A stretch of DNA of 64,000 nt from positions 277,326,001 through 277,390,000 of the forward strand of contig OZ024742.1 in the NCBI GenBank assembly GCA_964016885.1. The letters are read 5' to 3'. The notes beneath the pieces were generated by a model. That model did not search any database, was not told the DNA's origin, and saw only the letters and a list, made by a program, of their open reading frames with translations. Origin of the DNA: Eledone cirrhosa. Taxonomy: Eukaryota. Positions 1-10,425 of the stretch are shown one piece after another. Positions within the stretch are counted from its first letter, which is position 1; every line of letters begins with the position of its first letter. The translations under genes were made by a program, and so were the position numbers.

Positions 1-257
1 CCAGCGCGGCTGGACCGAGGGGACGCCATGACAATCTTCCCATTCCGTGACGGTAGGCCACACGTCTCTCTTGCTACACGATGTGGCACCTTCTCTAGCG
101 GCAGCATGCTGCGTCCAGCTGCCAGCTTAGTATCCGCTCTTTGCCACGCCGAAGATGGGAAACTGTCCGAGTATCGGCCGCTTTCTTATATGTTTGTGGT
201 AGAGCGAGTAGCAGTGGAGACTACCAGTGTTCTTGACGCCTAGACAACGGCCCCCGC

Positions 258-428
258 TCATGGCCATCGGAGCTGAGCTGGGTGCGCGAAGTTGCAAGTC
301 TCCCCCAGTTTGATTGGCTCTACCAGCTCGTCTCCGTCACCGTCCTCCCAGGCAATATATTCTTCATCCTGTCGGTACGAAGAGGTGCAGGGTATGATAG
401 TTTCCACCTCATATTTCTCTTCTGCTGC
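258..428 (-). pseudogene. Possible decayed chromodomain-coding fragment in the GC-rich block (unit 1 shown; present in every unit)
   Basis: Stop-to-stop frame with no ATG: AAEEKYEVETIIPCTSSYRQDEEYIAWEDGDGDELVEPIKLGETC..., resembling the chromodomain YEVExI-x10-EY..W..EP pattern. Similarity judged by eye only. Confidence 0.3.
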
Positions 429-727
429 CTAGATATTTCTTCCTAGACATATGTTACCGAAAGTTTTCAGAGTAATCGAAAGCAACAGCTGATTTTTGAT
501 TTCATAAAAACGACAACGACGATATCAACATAAGAGAAGAATACATTTGGAAAGGTTGGTTGGTGGTAAGTATTTCCGTTGGACATGCAAAATTATTGCC
601 GACGTATAGTGTTGAAATATTGCACAAGTTTACTGATTAATGAAACAATGTTTCGACTATTACATCATCACTATTTAAATTGTGATAAGGACGCTTACAA
701 ATTGTTAGAAGAAGCAAAGAATGTAGT

Positions 728-731
728 AAAA
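728..731 (-). terminator. Pol III T4 terminator of tRNA-Glu (unit 1; reduced to T3 in 13 units)
   Basis: AAAA on + (TTTT on -) about 10 nt downstream of the tRNA-Glu 3' end. Confidence 0.7.
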
Positions 732-740
732 CAATTAGAG

Positions 741-812
741 TTCCCATGCCGGGAATCGAACCCGGGCCGCCTGGGTGAAAGCCAGGAATCCTAACCACTA
801 GACCACATGGGA
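741..812 (-). tRNA. trnE: tRNA-Glu(TTC), consensus (unit 1)
   Basis: Reverse complement TCCCATGTGGTCTAGTGGTTAGGATTCCTGGCTTTCACCCAGGCGGCCCGGGTTCGATTCCCGGCATGGGAA; full cloverleaf, anticodon TTC, A and B boxes, no CCA. Confidence 0.97.
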
Positions 813-993
813 AGCCATTGCTGAAATGAGGAAATAGTACACTTTTAAATGTGACAATATATTAATAAACTGTAGAAACTTCTATATATTTATAGAAGCA
901 GGCATAACATGACAGGCACGGTTTTCATTCATAGATAAATATCACTAGCGATTTCTTCAATACGTTGCTTTACTAAAGGTCACCACCTATACA
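813..993. promoter_or_regulatory. Shared AT-rich upstream spacer of the divergent tRNA pair, with a palindromic TATA element at 879-898 (unit 1 shown)
   Basis: 181 bp between the two tRNA 5' ends; CTTCTATA-TATT-TATAGAAG inverted repeat, reading TATAAATA on the - strand. Confidence 0.45.
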
Positions 994-1065
994 TCCTCGG
1001 TAGTATAGTGGTAAGTATCCCCGCCTGTCACGCGGGAGACCGGGGTTCGATTCCCCGCCGGGGAG
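994..1065 (+). tRNA. trnD: tRNA-Asp(GTC), consensus (unit 1)
   Basis: TCCTCGGTAGTATAGTGGTAAGTATCCCCGCCTGTCACGCGGGAGACCGGGGTTCGATTCCCCGCCGGGGAG; cloverleaf, anticodon GTC, G73, no CCA. Confidence 0.97.
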
Positions 1066-1074
1066 TACATACAC

Positions 1075-1079
1075 TTTTT
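1075..1079 (+). terminator. Pol III T5 terminator of tRNA-Asp (unit 1; T4-T5 retained in all units)
   Basis: TTTTT about 10 nt after the tRNA-Asp 3' end. Confidence 0.8.
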
Positions 1080-2076
1080 ATCTATGAAAGAACAAAATTT
1101 TAGATTTTTACACACATTCTCTCTTAGATGTTCAACATATCTTTCCATAACGATCGGTCAATTGTTAGCACTACACATGGCAACTACCATTTTCATCTGG
1201 CATTCTAGCATATTTAATTCTTTCCATTTTACCGTCGTCCCATCTCTGGCAACTAAACAATCTCTCGTTTCGTTCATCTCAAAAATATTAATTCATGTTT
1301 GCACACACAAAGCTAAACTCAAAGCCTCAGCTCGAGCCAGCGCGGCTGGACCGAGGGGACCGCATGACAATCTCCCCATTCCGTGACGGTAGGCCACACG
1401 TCTCTCTTGCTACACGATGTGGCACCTTCTCTAGCGGCAGCATGCTGCGTCCGGCTGCCAGCTTAGTATCCGCTGTTTGCCATGCCGAAGATGGCAAACT
1501 GTCCGAGTATCGGCCGCTTTCTTATATGTTTGTGGTAGAGCGAGTAGCAGTGGAGACTACCAGTGTTCTTGACGCCTAGACAACGGCCCCCGCTCATGGC
1601 CATCGGAGCTGAGTTGGGTGCGCGAAGTTGCAAGTCTCCCCCAGTTTGATTGGCTCTACCAGCTCGTCTCCGTCACCGTCCTCCCAGGCAATATATTCTT
1701 CATCCTGTCGGTACGAAGAGGTGCAGGGTATGATAGTTTCCACCTCATATTTCTCTTCTGCTGCCTAGATATTTCTTCCTAGACATATGTTACCGAAAGT
1801 TTTCAGAGTAATCGAAAGCAACAGCTGATTTTTGATTTCATAAAAACGACAACGACGATATCAACATAAGAGAAGAATACATTTGGAAAGGTTGATTGGT
1901 GGTAAGTATTTCCGTTGGACATGCAAAATTATTGCCGACGTATAGTGTTGAAATATTGCACAAGTTTACTGATTAATGAAACAATGTTTCGACTATTACA
2001 TCATCACTATTTAAATTGTGATAAGGACGCTTACAAATTGTTAGAAGAAGCAAAGAATGGAGTAAAACAATTAGAG

Positions 2077-2148
2077 TTCCCATGCCGGGAATCGAACCCG
2101 GGCCGCCTGGGTGAAAGTCAGGAATCCTAACCACTAGACCACATGGGA
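2077..2148 (-). tRNA. trnE: tRNA-Glu(TTC), G31A variant (unit 2)
   Basis: Repeat copy; A31.C39 mismatch. Confidence 0.85.
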
Positions 2149-2329
2149 AGCCATTGCTGAAATGAGGAAATAGTACACTTTTAAATGTGACAATATATTA
2201 ATAAACTGTAGAAACTTCTATATATTTAGAGAAGCAGGCATAACATGACAGGCACGGTTTTCATTCATAGATAAATATCACTAGCGATTTCTTCAATACG
2301 TTGCTTTACTAAAGGTCACCACCTATACA

Positions 2330-2401
2330 TCCTCGGTAGTATAGTGGTAAGTATCCCCGCCTGTCACGCGGGAGACCGGGGTTCGATTCCCCGCCGGGGA
2401 G
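2330..2401 (+). tRNA. trnD: tRNA-Asp(GTC) (unit 2)
   Basis: Consensus copy. Confidence 0.95.
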
Positions 2402-3412
2402 TACATACACTTTTTATCTATGAAAGAACAAAATTTTAGATTTTTACACACATTCTCTCTTAGATGTTCAACATATCTTTCCATAACGATCGGTCAATTG
2501 TTAGCACTACACAGGGCAACTACCATTTTCATCTGGCATTCTAGCATATTTAATTCTTTCTATGTTACCATCGTCCCATCTCTGGCAACTAAACAATCTC
2601 TCGTTTCGTTCATCTCAAAAATATTAATTCATGTTTGCACACACAAAGCTAAACTCAAAGCCTCAGCTCGAGCCAGCGCGGCTGGACCGAGGGGACGCCA
2701 TGACTATCTTCCCATTCCGTGACGGTAGGCCACACGTCTCTCTTGCTACACGATGTGGCACCTTCTCTAGCGGCAGCATGCTGCGTCCAGCTGCCAGCTT
2801 AGTATCCGCTGTTTGCCACGCCGAAGATGGGAAACTGTCCGAGTATTGGCCGCTTTCTTATATGTTTGTGGTAGAGCGAGTAGCAGTGGAGACTACCAGT
2901 GTTCTTGACCCCTAGACAACGGCCCCCGCTCATGGCCATCGGAGCTGAGTTGGGTGAGCGAAGTTGCAAGTCTCCCCCAGTTTGATTGGCTCTACCAGCT
3001 CGTCTCCGTCACCGTCCTCCCAGGCAATATATTCTTCATCCTGTCGGTACGAAGAGGTGCAGGGTATGATAGTTTCCACCTCATATTTCTCTTCTGCTGC
3101 CTAGATATTTCTTCCTAGACATATGTTACCGAAAGTTTTCAGAGTAATCGAAAGCAACAGCTGATTTTTGATTTCATAAAAACGACAACGACGATATCAA
3201 CATATGAGAAGAATACATTTGGAAAGGTTGATTGGTGGTAAGTATTTCCGTTGGACATGCAAAATTATTGCCGACGTATAGTGTTGAAATATTGCACAAG
3301 TTTTCTGATTAATGAAACAATGTTTCGATTATGACATCATCACTATTTAAATAGTGATAAGGACGCTTACAAATTGTTCAAAGAAGCAAAGAATGGAGTA
3401 AAGCAATTAGAG

Positions 3413-3484
3413 TTCCCATGCCGGGAATCGAACAAGGGCCACCTGGGTGAAAGCCAGGAATCCTAACCACTAGACCACATGGGA
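3413..3484 (-). tRNA. trnE: tRNA-Glu(TTC), T-stem-broken allele, probable pseudogene (unit 3)
   Basis: G51T/G52T/C44T; terminator T4->T3. Confidence 0.75.
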
Positions 3485-3665
3485 ATCCATTGCTGAAATG
3501 AGGAAATAGTACACTTTTAAATGTGACAATATATTAATAAACTGTAGACACTTCTATATATTTATAGAAGCAGGCATAACATGACAGGCACGGTTTTCAT
3601 TCATAGATAAATATCACTAGCGATTTCTTCAATACGTTGCTCTACTAAAGGTCACCACCTATACA

Positions 3666-3737
3666 TCCTCGGTAGTATAGTGGTAAGTATCCCCGCCTGT
3701 CACGCGGGAGACCGGGGTTCGATTCCCCGCCGGGGAG
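3666..3737 (+). tRNA. trnD: tRNA-Asp(GTC) (unit 3)
   Basis: Consensus copy. Confidence 0.95.
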
Positions 3738-4752
3738 GTACATATACGTTTTACCTATGAAAGAACAAATTTTTAGATTTTTATACACACATTCTCTCTT
3801 AGATGTTCAACATATCTTTCCATAACGATCGGTCAATTGTTAGCACTACACATGGCAACTACCATTTTCATCTGGCATTCTAGCATATTTAATTCTTTCC
3901 ATTTTACCGTCGTCCCATCTCTGGCAACTAAACAATCTCTCGTTTCGTTCATCTCAAAAATATTAATTCATGTTTGCACACACAAAGCTAAACTCAAAGC
4001 CTCAGCTCGAGCCAGCGCGGCTGGACCGAGGGGACGCCAAGACAATCTTCCCATTCCGTGACGGTAGGCCACACGTCTCTCTTGCTACACGATGTGGCAC
4101 CTTCTCTAGCGGCAGCATGCTGCGTCCGGCTGCCAGCTTAGTATCCGCTGTTTGCCACGCCGAAGATGGGAAACTGTCCGAGTATTGGCCGCTTTCTTAT
4201 ATGTTTGTGGTAGAGCGAGTAGCAGTGGAGACTACCAGTGTTCTGGACCCCTAGACAACGGCCCCCGCTCATGGCCATCGGAGCTGAGTTGGGTGAGCGA
4301 AGTTGCAAGTCTCCCCCAGTTTGATTGGCTCTACCAGCTCGTCTCCGTCACCGTCCTCCCAGGCAATATATTCTTCATCCTGTCGGTACGAAGAGGTGCA
4401 GGGTATGATAGTTTCCACCTCATATTTCTCTTCTGCTGCCTAGATATTTCTTCCTAGACATATGTTACCGAAAGTTTTCAGAGTAATCGAAAGCAACAGC
4501 TGATTTTTGATTTCATAAAAACGACAACGACGATATCAACATATGAGAAGAATACATTTGGAAAGGTTGATTGGTGGTAAGTATTTCCGTTGGACATGCA
4601 AAATTAATGCCGACGTATAGTGTTGAAATATTGCACAAGTTTACTGATTAATGAAACAATGTTTCGACTAATATTATCATCACTATTTAAATTGTGATAA
4701 GGACGCTTACAAATTGTTAGAAGAAGCAAAGAATGGAGTAAAACAATTAGAG

Positions 4753-4824
4753 TTCCCATGCCGGGAATCGAATCCGGGCCGCCTGGGTGAAAGCCAGGAA
4801 TCCTAACCACTAGACCACATGGGA
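4753..4824 (-). tRNA. trnE: tRNA-Glu(TTC), B-box G53A variant (unit 4)
   Basis: Invariant G53-C61 pair lost. Confidence 0.78.
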
Positions 4825-5005
4825 AGCCATTTCTGAAATGAGGAAATAGTACACTTTTAAATGTGACAATATATTAATAAACTGTAGAAACTTCTATATA
4901 TTTATAGAAGCAGGCATAACATGACAGGCACGGTTTTCATTCATAGATAAATATCACTAGCGATTTCTTCAATACGTTGCTTTACTAAAGGTCACCACCT
5001 ATACA

Positions 5006-5077
5006 TCCTCGGTAGTATAGTGGTAAGTATCCCCGCCTGTCACGCGGGAGACCGGGGTTCGATTCCCCGCCGGGGAG
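5006..5077 (+). tRNA. trnD: tRNA-Asp(GTC) (unit 4)
   Basis: Consensus copy. Confidence 0.95.
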
Positions 5078-6088
5078 TACATACACTTTTTATCTATGAA
5101 AGAACAAAATTTTAGATTTTTACACACATTCTCTCTTAGATGTTCAACATATCTTTCCATAACGATCGGTCAATTGTTAGCACTACACATGGCAACTACC
5201 ATTTTCATCTGGCATTCTAGCATATTTAATTCTTTCCATTTTACCGTCGTCCCATCTCTGGCAACTAAACAATCTCTCGTTTCGTTCATCTCAAAAATAT
5301 TAATTCATGTTTGCACACACAAAGCTAAACTCAAAGCCGCAGCTCGAGCCAGCGCGGCTGGACCGAGGGGACCGCATGACAATCTCCCCATTCCGTGACG
5401 GTAGGCCACACGTCTCTCTTGCTACACGATGTGGCACTTTCTCTAGCGGCAGCATGCTGCGTCCGGCTGCCAGCTTAGTATCCGCTGTTTGCCATGCCGA
5501 AGATGGCAAACTGTCCGAGTATCGGCCGCTTTCTTATATGTTTGTGGTAGAGCGAGTAGCAGTGGAGACTACCAGTGTTCTTGACGCCTAGACAACGGCC
5601 CCCGCTCATGGCCATAGGAGCTGAGTTGGGTGCGCGATGTTGCAAGTCTCCCCCAGTTTGATTGGCTCTACCATCTCGTCTCCGTCACCGTCCTCCCAGG
5701 CAATATATTCTTCATCCTGTCGGTACGAAGAGGTGCAGGGTATGATAGTTTCCACCTCATATTTCTCTTCTGCTGCCTAGATATTTCTTCCTAGACATAT
5801 GTTACCGAAAGTTTTCAGAGTAATCGAAAGCAACAGCTGATTTTTGATTTCATAAAAACGACAACGACGATATCAACATAAGAGAAGAATACATTTGGAA
5901 AGGTTGATTGGTGGTAAGTATTTCCGTTGGACATGCAAAATTATTGCCGACGTATAGTGTTGAAATATTGCACAAGTTTACTGATTAATGAAACAATGTT
6001 TCGACTATTACATCATCACTATTTAAATTGTGATAAGGACGCTTACAAATTGTTAGAAGAAGCAAAGAATGGAGTAAAACAATTAGAG

Positions 6089-6160
6089 CTCCCATGCCGG
6101 GAATCGAACCCGGGCCGCAGGGGTGAAAGCCAGGAATCCTAACCACTAGACCACATGGGA
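6089..6160 (-). tRNA. trnE: tRNA-Glu(TTC), anticodon-stem-broken allele (unit 5)
   Basis: A41C/G42T, A73G. Confidence 0.75.
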
Positions 6161-6341
6161 AGCCATTGCTGAAATGAGGAAATAGTACACTTTTAAATGT
6201 GACAATATATTAATAAACTGTAGAAACTTCTATATATTTAGAGAAGCAGGCATAACATGACAGGCACGGTTTTCATTCATAGATAAATATCACTAGCGAT
6301 TTCTTCAATACGTTGCTTTACTAAAGGTCACCATCTATACA

Positions 6342-6413
6342 TCCTCGGTAGTATAGTGGTAACTATCCCCGCCTGTCACGCGGGAGACCGGGGTTCGATT
6401 CCCCGCCGGGGAG
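6342..6413 (+). tRNA. trnD: tRNA-Asp(GTC), G22C variant (unit 5)
   Basis: GGTAACTAT instead of GGTAAGTAT. Confidence 0.9.
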
Positions 6414-7425
6414 GTACATACACTTTTTATCTTTGAAAGAACAAAATTTTAGATTTTTACACACATTCTCTCTTAGATGTTCAACATATCTTTCCATAAC
6501 GATCGGTCAATTGTTAGCACTACACAGGGCAACTACCATTTTCATCTGGCATTCTAGCATATTTAATTCTTTCCATGTTACCGTCGTCCCATCTCTGGCA
6601 ACTAAACAATCTCTCGTTTCGTTCATCTCAAAAATATTAATTCATGTTTGCACACACAAAGCTAAACTCAAAGCCTCAGCTCGAGCCAGCGCGGCTGGAC
6701 CGAGGGGACCGCATGACAATCTCCCCATTCCGTGACGGTAGGCCACACGTCTCTCTTGCTACACGATGTGGCACCTTCTCTAGCGGCAGCATGCTGCGTC
6801 CGGCTGCCAGCTTAGTATCCGCTGTTTGCCATGCCGAAGATGGCAAACTGTCCGAGTATTGGCCGCTTTCTTATATGTTTGTGGTAGAGCGAGTAGCAGT
6901 GGAGACTACCAGTGTTCTTGACGCCTAGACAACGGCCCCCGCTCATGGCCATCGGAGCTGAGTTGGGTGCGCGAAGTTGCAAGTCTCCCCCAGTTTGATT
7001 GGCTCTACCAGCTCGTCTCCGTCACCGTCCTCCCAGGCAATATATTCTTCATCCTGTCGGTACGAAGAGGTGCAGGGTATGATAGTTTCCACCTCATATT
7101 TCTCTTCTGCTGCCTAGATATTTCTTCCTAGACATATGTTACCGAAAGTTTTCAGAGTAATCGAAAGCAACAGCTGATTTTTGATTTCATAAAAACGACA
7201 ACGACGATATCAACATAAGAGAAGAATACATTTGGAAAGGTTGATTGGTGGTAAGTATTTCCGTTGGACATGCAAAATTATTGCCGACGTATATTGTTGA
7301 AATATTGCACAAGTTTACTGATTAATGAAACAATGTTTCGACTATTACATCATCACTATTTAAATTGTGATAAGGACGCTTACAAATTGTTAGAAGAAGC
7401 AAAGAATGGAGTAAAACAATTAGAG

Positions 7426-7497
7426 TTCCCATGCCGGGAATCGAACCCGGGCCGCCTGGGTGAAAGCCAGGAATCCTAACCACTAGACCACATGGGA
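7426..7497 (-). tRNA. trnE: tRNA-Glu(TTC) (unit 6)
   Basis: Consensus copy. Confidence 0.95.
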
Positions 7498-7678
7498 AGC
7501 CATTGCTGAAATGAGGAAATAGTACACTTTTAAATGTGACAATATATTAATAAACTGTAGAAACTTCTATATATTTAGAGAAGCAGGCATAACATGACAG
7601 GCACGGTTTTCATTCATAGATAAATATCACTAGCGATTTCTTCAATACGTTGCTTTACTAAAGGTCACCACCTATACA

Positions 7679-7750
7679 TCCTCGGTAGTATAGTGGTAAG
7701 TATCCCCGCCTGTCACGCGGGAGACCGGGGTTCGATTCCCCGCCGGGGAG
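7679..7750 (+). tRNA. trnD: tRNA-Asp(GTC) (unit 6)
   Basis: Consensus copy. Confidence 0.95.
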
Positions 7751-8764
7751 GTACATATACTTTTTATCTATGAAAGAACAAAATTTTAGATTTTTACACA
7801 CACACTCTCTCTTAGATGTTCAACATATCTTTCCATAACGATCGGTCAATTGTTAGCACTACACATGGCAACTACCATTTTCATCTGGCATTCTAGCATA
7901 TTTAGTTCTTTCCATTTTACCGTCGTCCCATCTCTGGCAACTAAACAATCTCTCGTTTCGTTCATCTCAAAAATATTAATTCATGTTTGCACACACAAAG
8001 CTAAACTCAAAGCCTCAGCTCGAGCCAGCGCGGCTGGACCGAGGGGACCGCATGACAATCTTCCCATTCCGTGACGGTAGGCCACACGTCTCTCTTGCTA
8101 CACGATGTGGCACCTTCTCTAGCGGCAGCATGCTGCGTCCAGCTGCCAGCTTAGTATCCGCTCTTTGCCACGCCGAAGATGGGAAACTGTCCGAGTATCG
8201 GCCGCTTTCTTATATGTTTGTGGTAGAGCGAGTAGCAGTGGAGACTACCAGTGTTCTTGACGCCTAGACAACGGCCCCCGCTCATGGCCATCGGAGCTGA
8301 GTTGGGTGCGCGAAGTTGCAAGTCTCCCCCAGTTTGATTGGCTCTACCAGCTCGTCTCCGTCACCGTCCTCCCAGGCAATATATTCTTCATCCTGTCGGT
8401 ACGAAGAGGTGCAGGGTATGATAGTTTCCACCTCATATTTCTCTTCTGCTGCCTAGATATTTCTTCCTAGACATATGTTACCGAAAGTTTTCAGAGTAAT
8501 CGAAAGCAACAGCTGATTTTTGATTTCATAAAATCGACAACGACGATATCAACATAAGAGAAGAATACATTTGGAAAGGTTGGTTGGTGGTAAGTATTTC
8601 CGTTGGACATGCAAAATTATTGCCGACGTATAGTGTTGAAATATTGCACAAGTTTACTGATTAATGAAACAATGTTTCGACTATTACATCATCACTATTT
8701 AAATTGTGATAAGGACGCTTACAAATTGTTAGAAGAAGCAAAGAATGTAGTAAAACAATTAGAG

Positions 8765-8836
8765 TTCCCATGCCGGGAATCGAACCCGGGCCGCCTGGGT
8801 GAAAGCCAGGAATCCTAACCACTAGACCACATGTGA
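8765..8836 (-). tRNA. trnE: tRNA-Glu(TTC), C3A variant (unit 7)
   Basis: Acceptor-stem mismatch. Confidence 0.85.
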
Positions 8837-9017
8837 AGCCATTGCTGATATGAGGAAATAGTACACTTTTAAATGTGACAATATATTAATAAACTGTAGA
8901 AACTTCTATATATTTAGAGAAGCAGGCATAACATGACAGGCACGGTTTTCATTCATAGATAAATATCACTAGCGATTTCTTCAATACGTTGCTTTACTAA
9001 AGGTCACCACCTATACA

Positions 9018-9089
9018 TCCTCGGTAGTATAGTGGTAAGTATCCCCGCCTGTCACGCGGGAGACCGGGGTTCGATTGCCCGCCGGGGAG
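9018..9089 (+). tRNA. trnD: tRNA-Asp(GTC), B-box C61G variant (unit 7)
   Basis: TTCGATTGCCC; G53-C61 pair lost. Confidence 0.8.
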
Positions 9090-10100
9090 TACATACACTT
9101 TTTATCTATGAAAGAACAAAATTTTAGATTTTTACACACATTCTCTCTTAGATGTTCAACATATCTTTCCATAACGATCGGTCAATTGTTAGCACAACAC
9201 ATGGCAACTACCATTTTCATCTGGCATTCTAGCATATTTAATTCTTTCCATTTTACCGTCGTCCCATCTCTGGCAACTAAACAATCTCTCGTTTCGTTCA
9301 TCTCAAAAATATTAATTCATGTTTGCACACACAAAGCTAAACTCAAAGCCGCAGCTCGAGCCAGCGCGGCTGGACCGAGGGGACCGCATGACAATCTCCC
9401 CATTCCGTGACGGTAGGCCACACGTCTCTCTTGCTACACGATGTGGCACTTTCTCTAGCGGCAGCATGCTGCGTCCGGCTGCCAGCTTAGTATCCGCTGT
9501 TTGCCATGCCGAAGATGGCAAACTGTCCGAGTATCGGCCGCTTTCTTATATGTTTGTGGTAGAGCGAGTAGCAGTGGAGACTACCAGTGTTCTTGACGCC
9601 TAGACAACGGCCCCCGCTCATGGCCATAGGAGCTGAGTTGGGTGCGCGATGTTGCAAGTCTCCCCCAGTTTGATTGGCTCTACCATCTCGTCTCCGTCAC
9701 CGTCCTCCCAGGCAATATATTCTTCATCCTGTCGGTACGAAGAGGTGCAGGGTATGATAGTTTCCACCTCATATTTCTCTTCTGCTGCCTAGATATTTCT
9801 TCCTAGACATATGTTACCGAAAGTTTTCAGAGTAATCGAAAGCAACAGCTGATTTTTGATTTCATAAAAACGACAACGACGATATCAACATAAGAGAAGA
9901 ATACATTTGGAAAGGTTGATTGGTGGTAAGTATTTCCGTTGGACATGCAAAATTATTGCCGACGTATAGTGTTGAAATATTGCACAAGTTTACTGATTAA
10001 TGAAACAATGTTTCGACTATTACATCATCACTATTTAAATTGTGATAAGGACGCTTACAAATTGTTAGAAGAAGCAAAGAATGGAGTAAAACAATTAGAG

Positions 10101-10172
10101 CTCCCATGCCGGGAATCGAACCCGGGCCGCAGGGGTGAAAGCCAGGAATCCTAACCACTAGACCACATGGGA
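10101..10172 (-). tRNA. trnE: tRNA-Glu(TTC), anticodon-stem-broken allele (unit 8)
   Basis: A41C/G42T, A73G. Confidence 0.75.
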
Positions 10173-10353
10173 AGCCATTGCTGAAATGAGGAAATAGTAC
10201 ACTTTTAAATGTGACAATATATTAATAAACTGTAGAAACTTCTATATATTTAGAGAAGCAGGCATAACATGACAGGCACGGTTTTCATTCATAGATAAAT
10301 ATCACTAGCGATTTCTTCAATACGTTGCTTTACTAAAGGTCACCATCTATACA

Positions 10354-10425
10354 TCCTCGGTAGTATAGTGGTAACTATCCCCGCCTGTCACGCGGGAGAC
10401 CGGGGTTCGATTCCCCGCCGGGGAG
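10354..10425 (+). tRNA. trnD: tRNA-Asp(GTC), G22C variant (unit 8)
   Basis: Same allele as unit 5. Confidence 0.9.

Noticed and set aside
565-573. GGTAAGTAT (perfect 5' splice donor; reverse complement ATACTTACC matches the U1 5' end), suggesting a U1 or spliced-leader RNA gene
   Set aside because: The U1 match stops at 9 nt; the best Sm-like site (GATTTTTGA, 491-499) is upstream rather than downstream of the donor; the same 9-mer occurs in tRNA-Asp
579-794. 71-aa ORF MDMQNY...GESQES and copies
   Set aside because: TTG start, the 3' end is antisense tRNA-Glu, and it is broken by stops or frameshifts in many units
1084-1386. 100-aa ORF MKEQNF... and its 68/74/111/119/123-aa variants
   Set aside because: Length changes with CA-repeat slippage and deletions; some versions run through tRNA-Asp; no recognisable domain
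1320-1790. 5S rRNA, 7SL, snRNA, histone gene or an intact mobile element in the GC-rich block
   Set aside because: No recognisable signature motifs, LTR/TIR, target-site duplication, poly(A) tail, or transposase/RT ORF; no large insertion interrupts any unit
4604-4810. 68-aa - strand ORF MVRIPGFHP...
   Set aside because: A translation of the tRNA-Glu gene, opened by a 1-bp insertion
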